Shown here one piece after another: positions 53,230 to 64,000 of a stretch of 64,000 bases of DNA (its first letter is position 1; each line of letters starts with the position of its first letter). Source of the stretch: Pecten maximus (lineage: Eukaryota); assembly GCF_902652985.1 (NCBI RefSeq), contig NC_047032.1:18662001-18726000 (forward strand). The letters run 5' to 3'. Made by a program: the position numbers and the translations under genes. The notes below the pieces were generated by a model. The model had not been told where the DNA came from and did not search any database. It saw only the letters and a list, made by a program, of their open reading frames with translations.

Positions 53230-54629
53230 TTTAACCATTAATATTTTGAGTTTCTATTAGGGAGATGCATCTTTACAGTTTTTACTAGTGAAATATTATT
53301 ATTATATTGATTTCACCAATCAAAACACAGCTTGCAAACGACAATAGGGACAATTAAAATCTTGCCTTGTATATTTTGCTAATAACAGAATATATAACAG
53401 TATCGTCAGTAATACCAAATATATTTTACTCATGTGATGAATAATAGATATAAAAATGAAATATTTGCCCCACTCGTGAAATAGCCGTAGATCTTAATAT
53501 TTTGTATATATTGCTTCATCTCTTTTTGTTTCTCAGAATCAATTTTAGATTCCTAGGTATACTAGGTATACTTAACAAAGCAATGTTTTTTTCTGAATCT
53601 GAATCATATATATACATGTATGTTAACTTTTTTCAAAATATATCGATAAACAACATACTTTAGACTCTGATAATCGACGAAAATATTATCGATCTTGTAT
53701 TTTCCCTAATTTCAACAAAACAGTGCGTATATAGACATGTCATTTCTAATAATGATATTAGAGATTGAATCCCTCTTCTTGTTTTATTGAAACTTTTCTG
53801 TAAATATAATATATTGGATTTTGGATGATCATTGGCCATAGCTGTTGATAGGAACACTCAAACAAAACACAGGATGAGCTTTATACTCAAATATGCATGT
53901 GTAATGAAAAGAGCCAATATTCCAAACGGCTCCCATCACTGAATTTTTTAAATCTTTGTTCTCGGTCCCCGTTCCAAAGTGGAACTTTTTTTTCAAAAAT
54001 AAAATTGGACATCCAACAATACTGCCTTCTTTCCTAATACAGAAACCTGTTCTTTGCCCTTTTATCCCGTATTTCCTAGGCATGTATCCAACCCTCACTA
54101 GCATTACGATACAATTAACCAGACAGTTTGTTTTCGATTTATTTTTATTTCATTTCTGTCTGCTCACAGATATCGACTTCATCTATTGAAAGTCATAAGA
54201 TGTAAAGATAAAATGTATCTAACATAAAAACAATCAATATTACAAAGTGCTGAAGTGATGTTTCTGAAAGACAGATAATTCCAGCTGCCCATATGATACC
54301 CAGTTCAACCCTCAGGTAAATGATAAAGGGGCGCATGTACTTGACACCACACGGAGCATATTTTTGTCGGCCAATCTAATTTATTTCCGGGGGTGTCTTC
54401 ACATTGCACACATGACTAGGAATTTAACAGCCATAACTAATTATCTTATATCCTATATCTAGCTTCACGCAATATATCCGTGTTAGATGTTATCTAGTTT
54501 GTAATGGTAATGCCTTTAGACAACTTGATACTTATATCATAGAGGATTTTCCTTGGTTCATGTTGACACTCTGGTCATAGTAGATATTTCATAATGGATG
54601 TGATAACAAGGATAATGCAGAAAATGTAA

Positions 54630-57048
54630 CTGTTGTGGTACAGGTTACATGTAATATGTTGTGGTACAGTTTACACGTGATCTGTTGTGGTACAGTTTAC
54701 ACGTGATCTGTTGTGGTACAGTTTACACGTGATCTGTTGGTACAGTTTACATGTGATCTGTTGGTACAGTTTACATTTGATCTGTTGTGGTACAGTTTAC
54801 TGTTGTGGTACAGTTTACACGTGATCTGTTGTGGTACAGTTTACTGTTGTGGTACAGTTTACACGTGATCTGTTGTGGTACAGTTTACACGTGATCTGTT
54901 GGTACAGTTTACATGTGATCTGTTGTGGTACAATTTACTGTTGTGGTACAGTTTACACGTGATCTGTTGTGGTACAGTTTACTGTTGTGGTACAGTTTAC
55001 ACGTGATCTGTTGTGGTACAGTTTACACGTGATCTGTTGGTACAGTTTACATGTGATCTGTTGGTACAGTTTACTGTTGTGGTACAGTTTACACGTGATC
55101 TGTTGTGGTACAGTTTACTGTTGTGGTACAGTTTACACGTGATCTGTTGTGGTACAGTTTACTGTTGTGGTACAGTTTACACGTGATCTGTTGTGGTACA
55201 GTTTACACGTGATCTGTTAGAACAGTTTACATGTGATCTGTTGGTACAGTTTACATGTGAACTGTTGTGGTACAGTTTACTGTTGTGGTACAGTTTACAC
55301 GTGATCTGTTGTGGTACAGTTTACACGTGATCTGTTGGTACAGTTTACATGTGATATGTTGGTACAGTTTACATGTGATCTGTTGTGGTACAGTTTACAT
55401 GTGTTCTGTTGTGGTACAGTTTACATGTGATCTGTTTTGGTACAGTTAACACGTGATCTGTTTTGGTACAGTTTACATGTGATCTGTTGTGGTACAGTTT
55501 ACATGTGATCTGTTGGTACAGTTTACATTTGATCTGTGGGTACAGTTTACATGTGATCTGTTGGTACAGTTTACATGTGATCTGTTGTGGTACAGTTTAC
55601 ATGTGATCTGTTTTGGTACAGTTTACATGTGATCTGTTGGTACAGTTTACATGTGATCTGTTGGTACAGTTTACATGTGATCTGTTGTGGTACAGTTTAC
55701 ATGTGATCTGTTTTGGTACAGTTTATATGTGATCTGTTGTGGTACAGTTTATATGAGATGTGTTGGTACAGTTTATATGAGATGTGTTGGTACAGTTTAC
55801 ATGTGATCTGTTGTGGTACAGTTTACATGTGTTCTGTTGTGGTACAGTTTACATGTGATCTGTTTTGGTACAGTTAACACGTGATCTGTTTTGGTACAGT
55901 TTACATGTGATCTGTTGTGGTACAGTTTACATGTGATCTGTTGGTACAGTTTACATGTGATCTGTTGGTACAGTTTACACGTGATCTGTTGGTACAGTTT
56001 ACATGTGATCTGTTGGTACCGTTTACATGTGATCTGTTGTGGTACAGTTTACATGTGATCTGTTTTGGTACAGTTAACACGTGATCTGTTGGTACAGTTT
56101 ACATGTGATCTGTTGGTACAGTTTACATGTGATCTGTTGTGGTACAGTTTACACGTGATCTGTTGGGGTACAGTTTACATGTGATCTGTTGTGGAACAGT
56201 TTACCTGTGATCTGCTGTAGTACTGTTTACATGTGATCTGTTGTGGTACAGTTTACATGTGTTCTGTTGTGGTACAGTTTACATGTGATCTGTTGTGGTA
56301 CAGTTTACATGTTTTGTTGTGGTACAGTTTACATGTGATCTGTTGTGGTACAGTTTACATGTTATGTTGTGGTACAGTTTACATGTGATCTGTTGTGGTA
56401 CATTTTACATGTGATCTGTTGTGGTACATTTTGCATGTGTTATGTTGTGGTACAGTTTACACGTGATCTGTTGTGGTACATTTTGCATGTGTTATGTTGT
56501 GGTACAGTTTACACGTGATCTGTTGTGGTACATTTTGCATGTGTTATGTTGTGGTACAGTTTACATGTGATCTGTTGTGGTACATTTTGCATGTGTTATG
56601 TTGTGGTACAGTTTACACGTGATCTGTTGTGGTACAGTTTACATGTGATCTGTTGTGGTACAGTTTACACGTGATCTGTTGTGGTACAGTTTACATGTTA
56701 TGTTGTGGTACAGTTTACATGTGATCTGTTGTGGTACATTTTACATGTGATCTGTTGGTACAGTTTACATGTGATATGCTGTGGTACAGTTTACTGTTGT
56801 GGTACAGTTTACATGTGATATGTTGTGGTACAGTTTACTTGTTACGTTGTGGTACAGTTTACACGTGATCTGTTGTGGTACAATTTACATGTTATGTTGT
56901 GGTACAGTTTACACGTGATCTGTTGTGGTACAGTTTACACGTGATCTGTTGTGGTACAGTTTACATGTAATATGTTGTGGTACAGTTTACATGTGATCTG
57001 TTGTGGTACAGTTTACACGTGATCTGTTGTGGTACAGTTTACATGTGA
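54630..57048. repeat. Minisatellite, 26-bp unit (tgttgtggtacagtttacaYgtgatc) with 24- and 18-bp variants, roughly 95-100 copies
   Basis: Direct reading. Confidence 0.98.
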
Positions 57049-57807
57049 AATGGCAGAATGATTCGTGCGTTACTTCATTTAGTAAGAAATAGGAATCGTA
57101 TCATTCTGCTATGTCGATACTTTCCAGATGGCCTTATCTAGAGATTCCACCGGACAATAAAATTAATTGATTTAACTTTTACTGTTTGAACTTGTTATGA
57201 GCTACAATGTACAATAATGAGCATAGCACCAGTATACTGAGACTATTTCATATATTTTAATATAATAAGCTGAAAGGATGTTGTAAAAGTGGTGTTCATG
57301 ATTCGGTTTTACCGGAATATCCAATGATTAATAAAATAGATAAAGGTCTGTCTTGTGTCTATAGCAGGTAGTGCGAGAGTTTGTTTTGTCAGATTTGAAT
57401 TTATAAAAACATAAATATCGATTCTTTTATGAACCTGTAATGGAAATGGCAGCTATATCAGACTATACTTTGTCTTTATTTTAGTTTCATTATTTAAAAT
57501 GAAATGGAAAATTGCTGAATGTTCTTTGTGTTCATGTGGATATTTCTCCAACTATCTGTCATATTGACTCACACCGAATGTCTTAACTCCTTTGACATAC
57601 AAAATCAGTGATGACGATTCACTGTTGTCTAAAGGATGCTTGATTACCGAATATAATGGGGAAACATTTTTACTTATCAAATGTATTTAGATTGACTCCG
57701 GTCAAATGAAGCTTAAACAAACGATTTTTTATACCTGGAATCCTACGTCTTGCTATTTTCAATTTACATATGGCGAGATAAACTTTCATTGGACATCAGC
57801 ACAACGC

Positions 57808-58281
57808 ACCCCTATCCCCCACTCAACCCACAATACCCCCCCCCCCCCCCCAATCTCACCCCACCACTACCACCAACCTACCCAACTACCACTACTACCA
57901 ACACTAACACCACCAACATTACCACCACACCACTACCATCCCCCCACCACCACTACCACTACACCACTACTACCACCATACCACTACCATCCCCCACCAC
58001 CCACCACCATTACCACCATACCATACACCACACCCACCCCCCCCCCCCCCCCCCCCCCCCCCCACCCCCACCACACATCTCTCCTACACCCACCCCCCAC
58101 CATTCCACCACCCACCCCCCACCACCCACCCACCACTACTATAACCACCACCACCACAACCACCACAACCACTACTACCACCATACCACTACCATCCCCC
58201 ACCACCACCACCATTACCACCATACCACCACAACTACCCCCCCCCCCCCCCAACAAACCACCACCACCCAGCTACTACAAC
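57808..58281. repeat. C-rich low-complexity tract ((CAC)/(CTA)/poly-C) running into an assembly gap
   Basis: Direct reading; N-run follows from 58282. Confidence 0.92.
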
Positions 58282-58465
58282 NNNNNNNNNNNNNNNNNNN
58301 NNNNNNNNNNNNNNNNNNNNNNNNNNNNNNNNNNNNNNNNNNNNNNNNNNNNNNNNNNNNNNNNNNNNNNNNNNNNNNNNNNNNNNNNNNNNNNNNNNNN
58401 NNNNNNNNNNNNNNNNNNNNNNNNNNNNNNNNNNNNNNNNNNNNNNNNNNNNNNNNNNNNNNNNN

Positions 58466-59763
58466 CACCAAAGCATGTGTAAAACAAGTGGAAAAACAAA
58501 TATTTGAATTCATATGGGATGGTAAAACAGAAAAAATTAAACGTGCATCCATGATGGGTTATTACAAGCAAGGAGGATTAAACATACGTGATATAGAATC
58601 ACATACATTGTATTGATATGTTGAATATTAATTGGATTAAAATGTTAATAAGTGATTCCAAAGAAAACTGGAAAGTAATTCCTATGGACATTTTTGATGT
58701 TTTCGGGCCTAACCTTCTCATTTTTAGGATGAATATTGAGAAACTAAGTAATCTTCCGAAACAAAATATCAGCCAAATTCCAGAATTTTATAAATCAGTT
58801 CTAGATTCTTGGTTAAAATTGGGGGGAGGATTAAAACCACACTGTTCAAACTTTGCTGATATTAGAAAAGAGATACTATGGGGAAATAGAAATATCAAGC
58901 TAAAGGGCAAAACATTAGTAAACAAGAACTGGGCAGATAGTAATCTGATCACAATAGATGACATCACGAACAAAGAAAGGATAATCGACGAAATGAGTAT
59001 TCGCAACAAATTAATAAATGAGCGTAACTGGATCAGTGAAGTAACACAAATTAAAAAAGCAATTCCAACAGAATGGAAACGAATAATAAGAAGTGAAAAT
59101 TCGATTAAGACAGAAATAAAACATCAGATAAACTATTCCTTATATCAACATAAATACAATATTCATATTAATATCGAAACCATGAATAATAAACAAATGT
59201 ACAGGCTAGCTGTGACCAGAAAATTTAAACAGTCTTATAGTAAAGATATTTGGAACCGGAAGTTCAATATTGAGAATACTCAAACGGCCACAGATTTAAT
59301 GTATTTTATCTTTAGTCAACTAAAAGATAATAAACATAAAATATTTAGGTGGAAATTGTTTCATAATATCGTACCAAGTAAAGAACATTTAGAGCGATGG
59401 AAAATTGAAGAAAGTAACCTCTGTAATGTATGTCATGTTAAGGAAGACTATGTACACTACTTTATAGAATGTAAGTTCCTAGACTTATTTTGGAGGGGAA
59501 TTGAAGAAACATTCAAAACATATGGATATACAATAAATGTGAAAAATTTACAATACATCATTATAGGATATAAAATCAGTCAAGAAAATCACATTGAAAT
59601 TAATATTATCTTTACATTAATAGGCTACGCCATATATAGAGCCTTTCATATAAGTGAACAAAAGCGTAAAACTGTTGATATGCAAAGGCTGTTTAAAGAA
59701 GAGCTACTTATCATTAAAAACACCACGAAACTTAAACATTTTGCGTTAAAATTTAACCTCTAA
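58466..59763 (+). mobile_element. 3' part of a non-LTR retrotransposon ORF2 (L1/Tx1-like) with a zf-RVT-type zinc finger
   Basis: IFEFIWDGKTEKIKR...KQGGLNIRDI; FRWKLFHNIV; CNVC...EDYVHYFIEC; frameshift near 58615; 5' end lost in the gap. Confidence 0.88.
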
Positions 59764-60454
59764 ATGACAATCTACGAGCATCTTATTATATAAAAAGGGG
59801 ACACGGATCCTGGTCAATTATACCAATAGTTCAGTAGATGTGGCAAGAGTTGATATGACCAACACGGAAACTGGACTTTTGGTATAATTGATCAGGTAAC
59901 CGCAAAATTATGTCAAATGTGTTTAAGTTCGCATTGCTTATGGCAAGAAAATAATTATATGCTTACACTAGACAATTATATTCTTTTAATCAAATATTTA
60001 TTAAACCTAAATAAAATAAAGTAGAATGCACAGTGATGAGATCAAAATGAGAGTATAAACAACAAAGATAAAAAAAAATGTGAAAAGCCAACATACAAAA
60101 TCAATGTAAAGGTATTAATGAAAACAATTTGATTTGTTATAGAGTCCCTTATAAAGTTATATAATAATACTGTTTCCAGAGAAATACTTTACAATCTACA
60201 GATAAATTACTTCTATCAAAGGAGATTTACGGCTTTTGGCTTATTCACTATTTCTAGAGGAATGTTCTGACATCTTAGAAACTTATTTTGTAAAGGTAGT
60301 TATTCTGGCTGCTTGATTCTAGAACTTGAATATTGTTTTAAGATCTTCCTATCTTTCTAAATTATGTCTGTCAGTTCTTGTTGTTATATTTTAAGTTGTT
60401 GCCCTCGAATGACATCCTGGTAGCAAGTAAACGCATTGTTTCGAATTGTCTGAC

Positions 60455-60459
<5 letters not shown>

Positions 60460-60507
<48 letters not shown>
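60460..60507. repeat. (TC)n microsatellite
   Basis: Direct reading. Confidence 0.97.
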
Positions 60508-60508
<1 letters not shown>

Positions 60509-61007
60509 CCATTCAAAGTAGGTTTCTTTTTTTATACTTGTTTCTTGGTTTTTTGATCGTCTATGGTGCTCTTCTACTATCGCTATATGCCCTCTAGGCC
60601 CGTATATATCTTGGGCATTGCAAGTAAATTCTTTGACTACTTAATTACTGCTTTTCTCTTTTGATGGTTATTTTTTTCCTCATAGGTTCTTGCTGTCCTT
60701 TCTGTATAATTTTATAACCGGATTGTTGTTCACCAGAAGTAATTAAGCATATTAACTATACTATATATTAGAATCCCCCAAAAATGTCCTTTTTAATAAT
60801 TATTGGCAATTCACACTTTTTTAATTCAAATCGTNNNNNNNNNNNNNNNNNNNNNNNNNNNNNNNNNNNNNNNNNNNNNNNNNNNNNNNNNNNNNNNNNN
60901 NNNNNNNNNNNNNNNNNNNNNNNNNNNNNNNNNNNNNNNNNNNNNNNNNNNNNNNNNNNNNNNNNNNNNNNNNNNNNNNNNNNNNNNNNNNNNNNNNNNN
61001 NNNNNNN

Positions 61008-61580
61008 CATCACTACCACCCCCCCCCCCCCACTACCATACCGCTACTACCACCACCACCATTACCACCATACCACACACCACTACTACCACCACACCAC
61101 TACTACCACCACAACCACCACCACTACCACCATCAGCACCCACCACCACCCCCCCCCCCCCCCCATCCACCCCGACCACCACCCCACCATCTACCCCCCA
61201 CTACCACACCCACCACACCACCACCACCACCACTACCCCCCACCCCACCACTACCCTACCACCCACCACATACCACCAACACTACCCCCCACCACACCAA
61301 CCACCACCCACCACTCACTCACCACCACCCCCCCTACCCCCCCACCACTACCACCACCCACCCCCCCCCCCCCCCCCCCCACCCCCCCCCCCCCCCCCAC
61401 CCACCCCACCCACCCACCCCACCCCCCCCTCCTCCCACCACCTCCCCCCCTCCCCACCCACCACTCTTACCCCACCCCGCCAACCACACCATTACCCCTC
61501 TCTACCACCCCACCATTACCACCACCATCACCACCACACCACCACACCACCACCATCACCACACCACCACCATCACCACT
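61008..61580. repeat. C-rich low-complexity tract following an assembly gap
   Basis: Direct reading; same composition as 57808-58281. Confidence 0.92.
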
Positions 61581-62327
61581 TCTTACGACAGTTAAAACGT
61601 GTTTGGACAATTTAACAACGTTCATACAGATTGATTTATGTCCACATTACTTCATCAGGACCTGTAACTTGTAAGTGATTTTTTTATTTGAATTCGGGGA
61701 ATCCTATTGATCAATGGAGGTTGTTTCACGACTTCTGTTTGTTAATATTTACTTCCCCGTCAGCCTCTGTTTTATCGAAGCACACACCTTAGTTTATCAG
61801 TTCCCTACCGGGATTAATCAAACTGATAGATGCCAGGGACAAGAAAATACGTGTAACCTTGATAGTGCATTAAAATTGTTGGTTAATTATATGCAAAGTA
61901 TCCAAGGCGTGATCGTGAATGAACATGTCAGGTTGTTTTCATACATTATATAGCGTCATAAATAAAATCAAAGACATTAGGCCAAATAAATGTTGTTATG
62001 TTTCAGGTTTTCCCCTGTCTACCATACTCAAATATGTCATTGCAGTTATCAAAGAAGCGCCATTATAATCAGAATGTCCCTTTTCAAACCTTATAGCTAA
62101 GTAAAATAAAGTAAGAAAAGTCTTTTTTCTTATTATTTTACTTTAATACCCATAATTTGCATAACAGGGTCTGTAAGTGAAAGGAAATACTTCTAAATGT
62201 CAAACACAATGTTAAATGCTGTTACAACTTCGCGATATATATTTACATTTTACAAACAATATTTGACAACTAATTCAATGTCAGTAACCAGACAATGCCA
62301 ACACAGTATTTGACAACTGTTGCAATG

Positions 62328-62690
62328 TCATTTCAAGTTTTTCGTCATAAATTCGACCATCCTTCCTATGGCCAGATCGCAGCATTCCTTGTTGTAGTTA
62401 TCAGAGGTTGGATTGGTAAATGCGTGCCCTGCTTGGTAGGAATGGAATTCATATTTCACTCCTCCACGATCTAGCTTTTCTTTAAGTTTGGCCTGGGACT
62501 TCGGACAGGAGAAACCTTCCACAGCATCATTAGCACCGAAATGACATTGGAGGGGAATGGTGATTTTAGATAGGTCTGCAAGTCCATCACCGGAGATTCC
62601 ATAAAATGGAGCTGCCGCCTGTATTTCTGGTACAAGAGCGGCCGCTGCCAACGACAAAGCTCCGCCCATGCAAAAGCCCGTCACACCAAC
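62328..62690 (-). CDS. Dienelactone hydrolase family protein (carboxymethylenebutenolidase / usf-like), last exon
   Basis: Acceptor tatgtgcag; GFCMGG nucleophile Cys, HFGAND Asp and AGHAF His; stop at 62328-62330. Confidence 0.93.
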   Translation of the reverse strand, partial: VGVTGFCMGGALSLAAAALVPEIQAAAPFYGISGDGLADLSKITIPLQCHFGANDAVEGFSCPKSQAKLKEKLDRGGVKYEFHSYQAGHAFTNPTSDNYNKECCDLAIGRMVEFMTKNLK

Positions 62691-63036
62691 CTGCACATAA
62701 TTTAAGTGTTGTTGATTATTACAGCGGCATATATAAAAAAAAAGAAGAAATGTATAAACGACGATCACACAACTTTGCCCGTATCTAAGACAAGGTAGTT
62801 CAGCGATTGAACAACACTTCTCAAGACTAGAATCTGACCATGTACATGTATATCGGCAAGCGAAGTGGAACTCGAGTATATATAGTAGAACACTGTTTTA
62901 CTACATACTTATACATGTGTACATGTACGTCACACCTCTCACAATGAAAAAGTAAAGGTGACAAATCACTTACTACCACACCCCAATACACACATAATCA
63001 CCTTTCATGGAAAAAAATGATTAGATGCCAATGAAT

Positions 63037-63251
63037 TGTTTATTTTGTGAAACATTACCTTAACAGCCAGGGTCATTTAAGGACGTGGCATGTTTTGGAG
63101 GTGTTGGAAAGTCGGAGTACCCGGAGAAAAACCACCGGCCTACAGTCAGTACATGGCAACTGCCCCACGTAGGTTTTGAACTCGCAACCCAGAGGTGGAG
63201 GGCTAGTGATAAAGTGTTGGGACACCTTAACCACTCTGCCACCTCGGCCCC
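63037..63251 (-). mobile_element. tRNA-derived SINE, copy 4, in the hydrolase intron
   Basis: ggggccgaggtggcagagtggttaagg (A box), gagttcaaaacc (B box) and the shared core. Confidence 0.88.
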
Positions 63252-63641
63252 TCACATGGCCATGAAAAGGCTGTGTTTGTGCAGTTGTGCAAATATTGTA
63301 AGAAAGGGGAGATAATCAATAAGGAGTCAATTAAATTTGAACGACAAAGTTTGTGATTAACTATAGAATTAAAAACAAATACAAAATACAAAATGAAGGT
63401 TATCCGAGTTGAAAACTGTACTGAGGATTACTACTCGCGCAAACTCCCATTCGCAAAATATTGAAAGATTCAAGTCCAAGAATTAAACAAGGTCCAATAC
63501 ATCATGTCTTTTTTAGATGATCATGATGTTGAGGATACACATTATTTCATACGTTAGTGCCTTTTTCATAAACAATTACCAGAATTATTAATAAATGTAT
63601 TGTTTCTAACAAACTTAAGTTGAAAAGAAAAATGTACACAC

Positions 63642-63962
63642 CTTTTCACAGCCCATTGTCTTTAGTTCCCTTGCTGCTCCCGCAATGTCATCAATCGCCC
63701 CAAGCCAGTCCAGATCGCCCATATAATGACCAGCTTGTTCGTTGTCTATGGCAACTTTCCCTCGGTAAAGATCGGGAACAATCGTGACGAAGTTTCCTTT
63801 TCCTCCAATCATCGATGCCTCGTTCTGGATTTGATCGTTAAGTCCCCACCATTCTTGCAGAACAATCAGTCCTTTTTTGGTTTTTGAAATGTCCCCTGTT
63901 ATCACATATGGACAACTTCCCAGCTTGTTTTGTGACGGAAACGTTGGTCTTGTAGAAGCCAT
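63642..63962 (-). CDS. Dienelactone hydrolase family protein, upstream coding exon
   Basis: QEWWGLN and VPDLYRG motifs; donor AAG|gtgtgt, phase 0; spliced product is 227 aa; an acceptor-like tract upstream suggests a further exon beyond the window. Confidence 0.92.
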
Positions 63963-64000
63963 CGTAACTGAAATCTGCTAAAAATGAAAGGGAAATATTT

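Noticed and set aside
57706-58616. Pro/His/Thr-rich extensin-like ORFs (also 60784-61674)
   Set aside because: C-rich simple sequence lacks stop codons in several frames, and the ORFs read through N-gaps.
63205-63251. tRNA gene
   Set aside because: The A/B boxes belong to the SINE head; there is no complete cloverleaf and the sequence continues into the SINE core.

Overview
AT-rich eukaryotic genomic DNA with two N-gaps, most likely from a bivalve mollusc (inferred from the SINE and MITE types, not proven). Two host genes can be supported, both on the minus strand. The first is a spliced, secreted protein of about 588 aa: a basic N/R/Q/P-rich low-complexity body ending in a colipase/prokineticin-type cysteine domain. 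Four of its exons lie at 429-8516 and a probable signal-peptide exon lies at 41509-41574. The second is a two-coding-exon dienelactone hydrolase (62328-63962). The rest is mobile and repetitive DNA: a Ngaro-type tyrosine-recombinase (YR) retrotransposon with split direct repeats (15781-21231), a DIRS1-type YR retrotransposon with ITRs and an ICR (45860-50737) inserted into a satellite monomer, an internally deleted SWIM-bearing DNA transposon, a THAP/DDE transposase relic, a LINE 3' fragment, four tRNA-derived SINEs, several MITEs and palindromes, and at least six tandem arrays. The most striking observation is that both unrelated YR retrotransposons carry a canonical G-quadruplex motif (GGGAGGG-N5-8-GGGAGGG, antisense strand) exactly where their internal copy of the terminal repeats ends.
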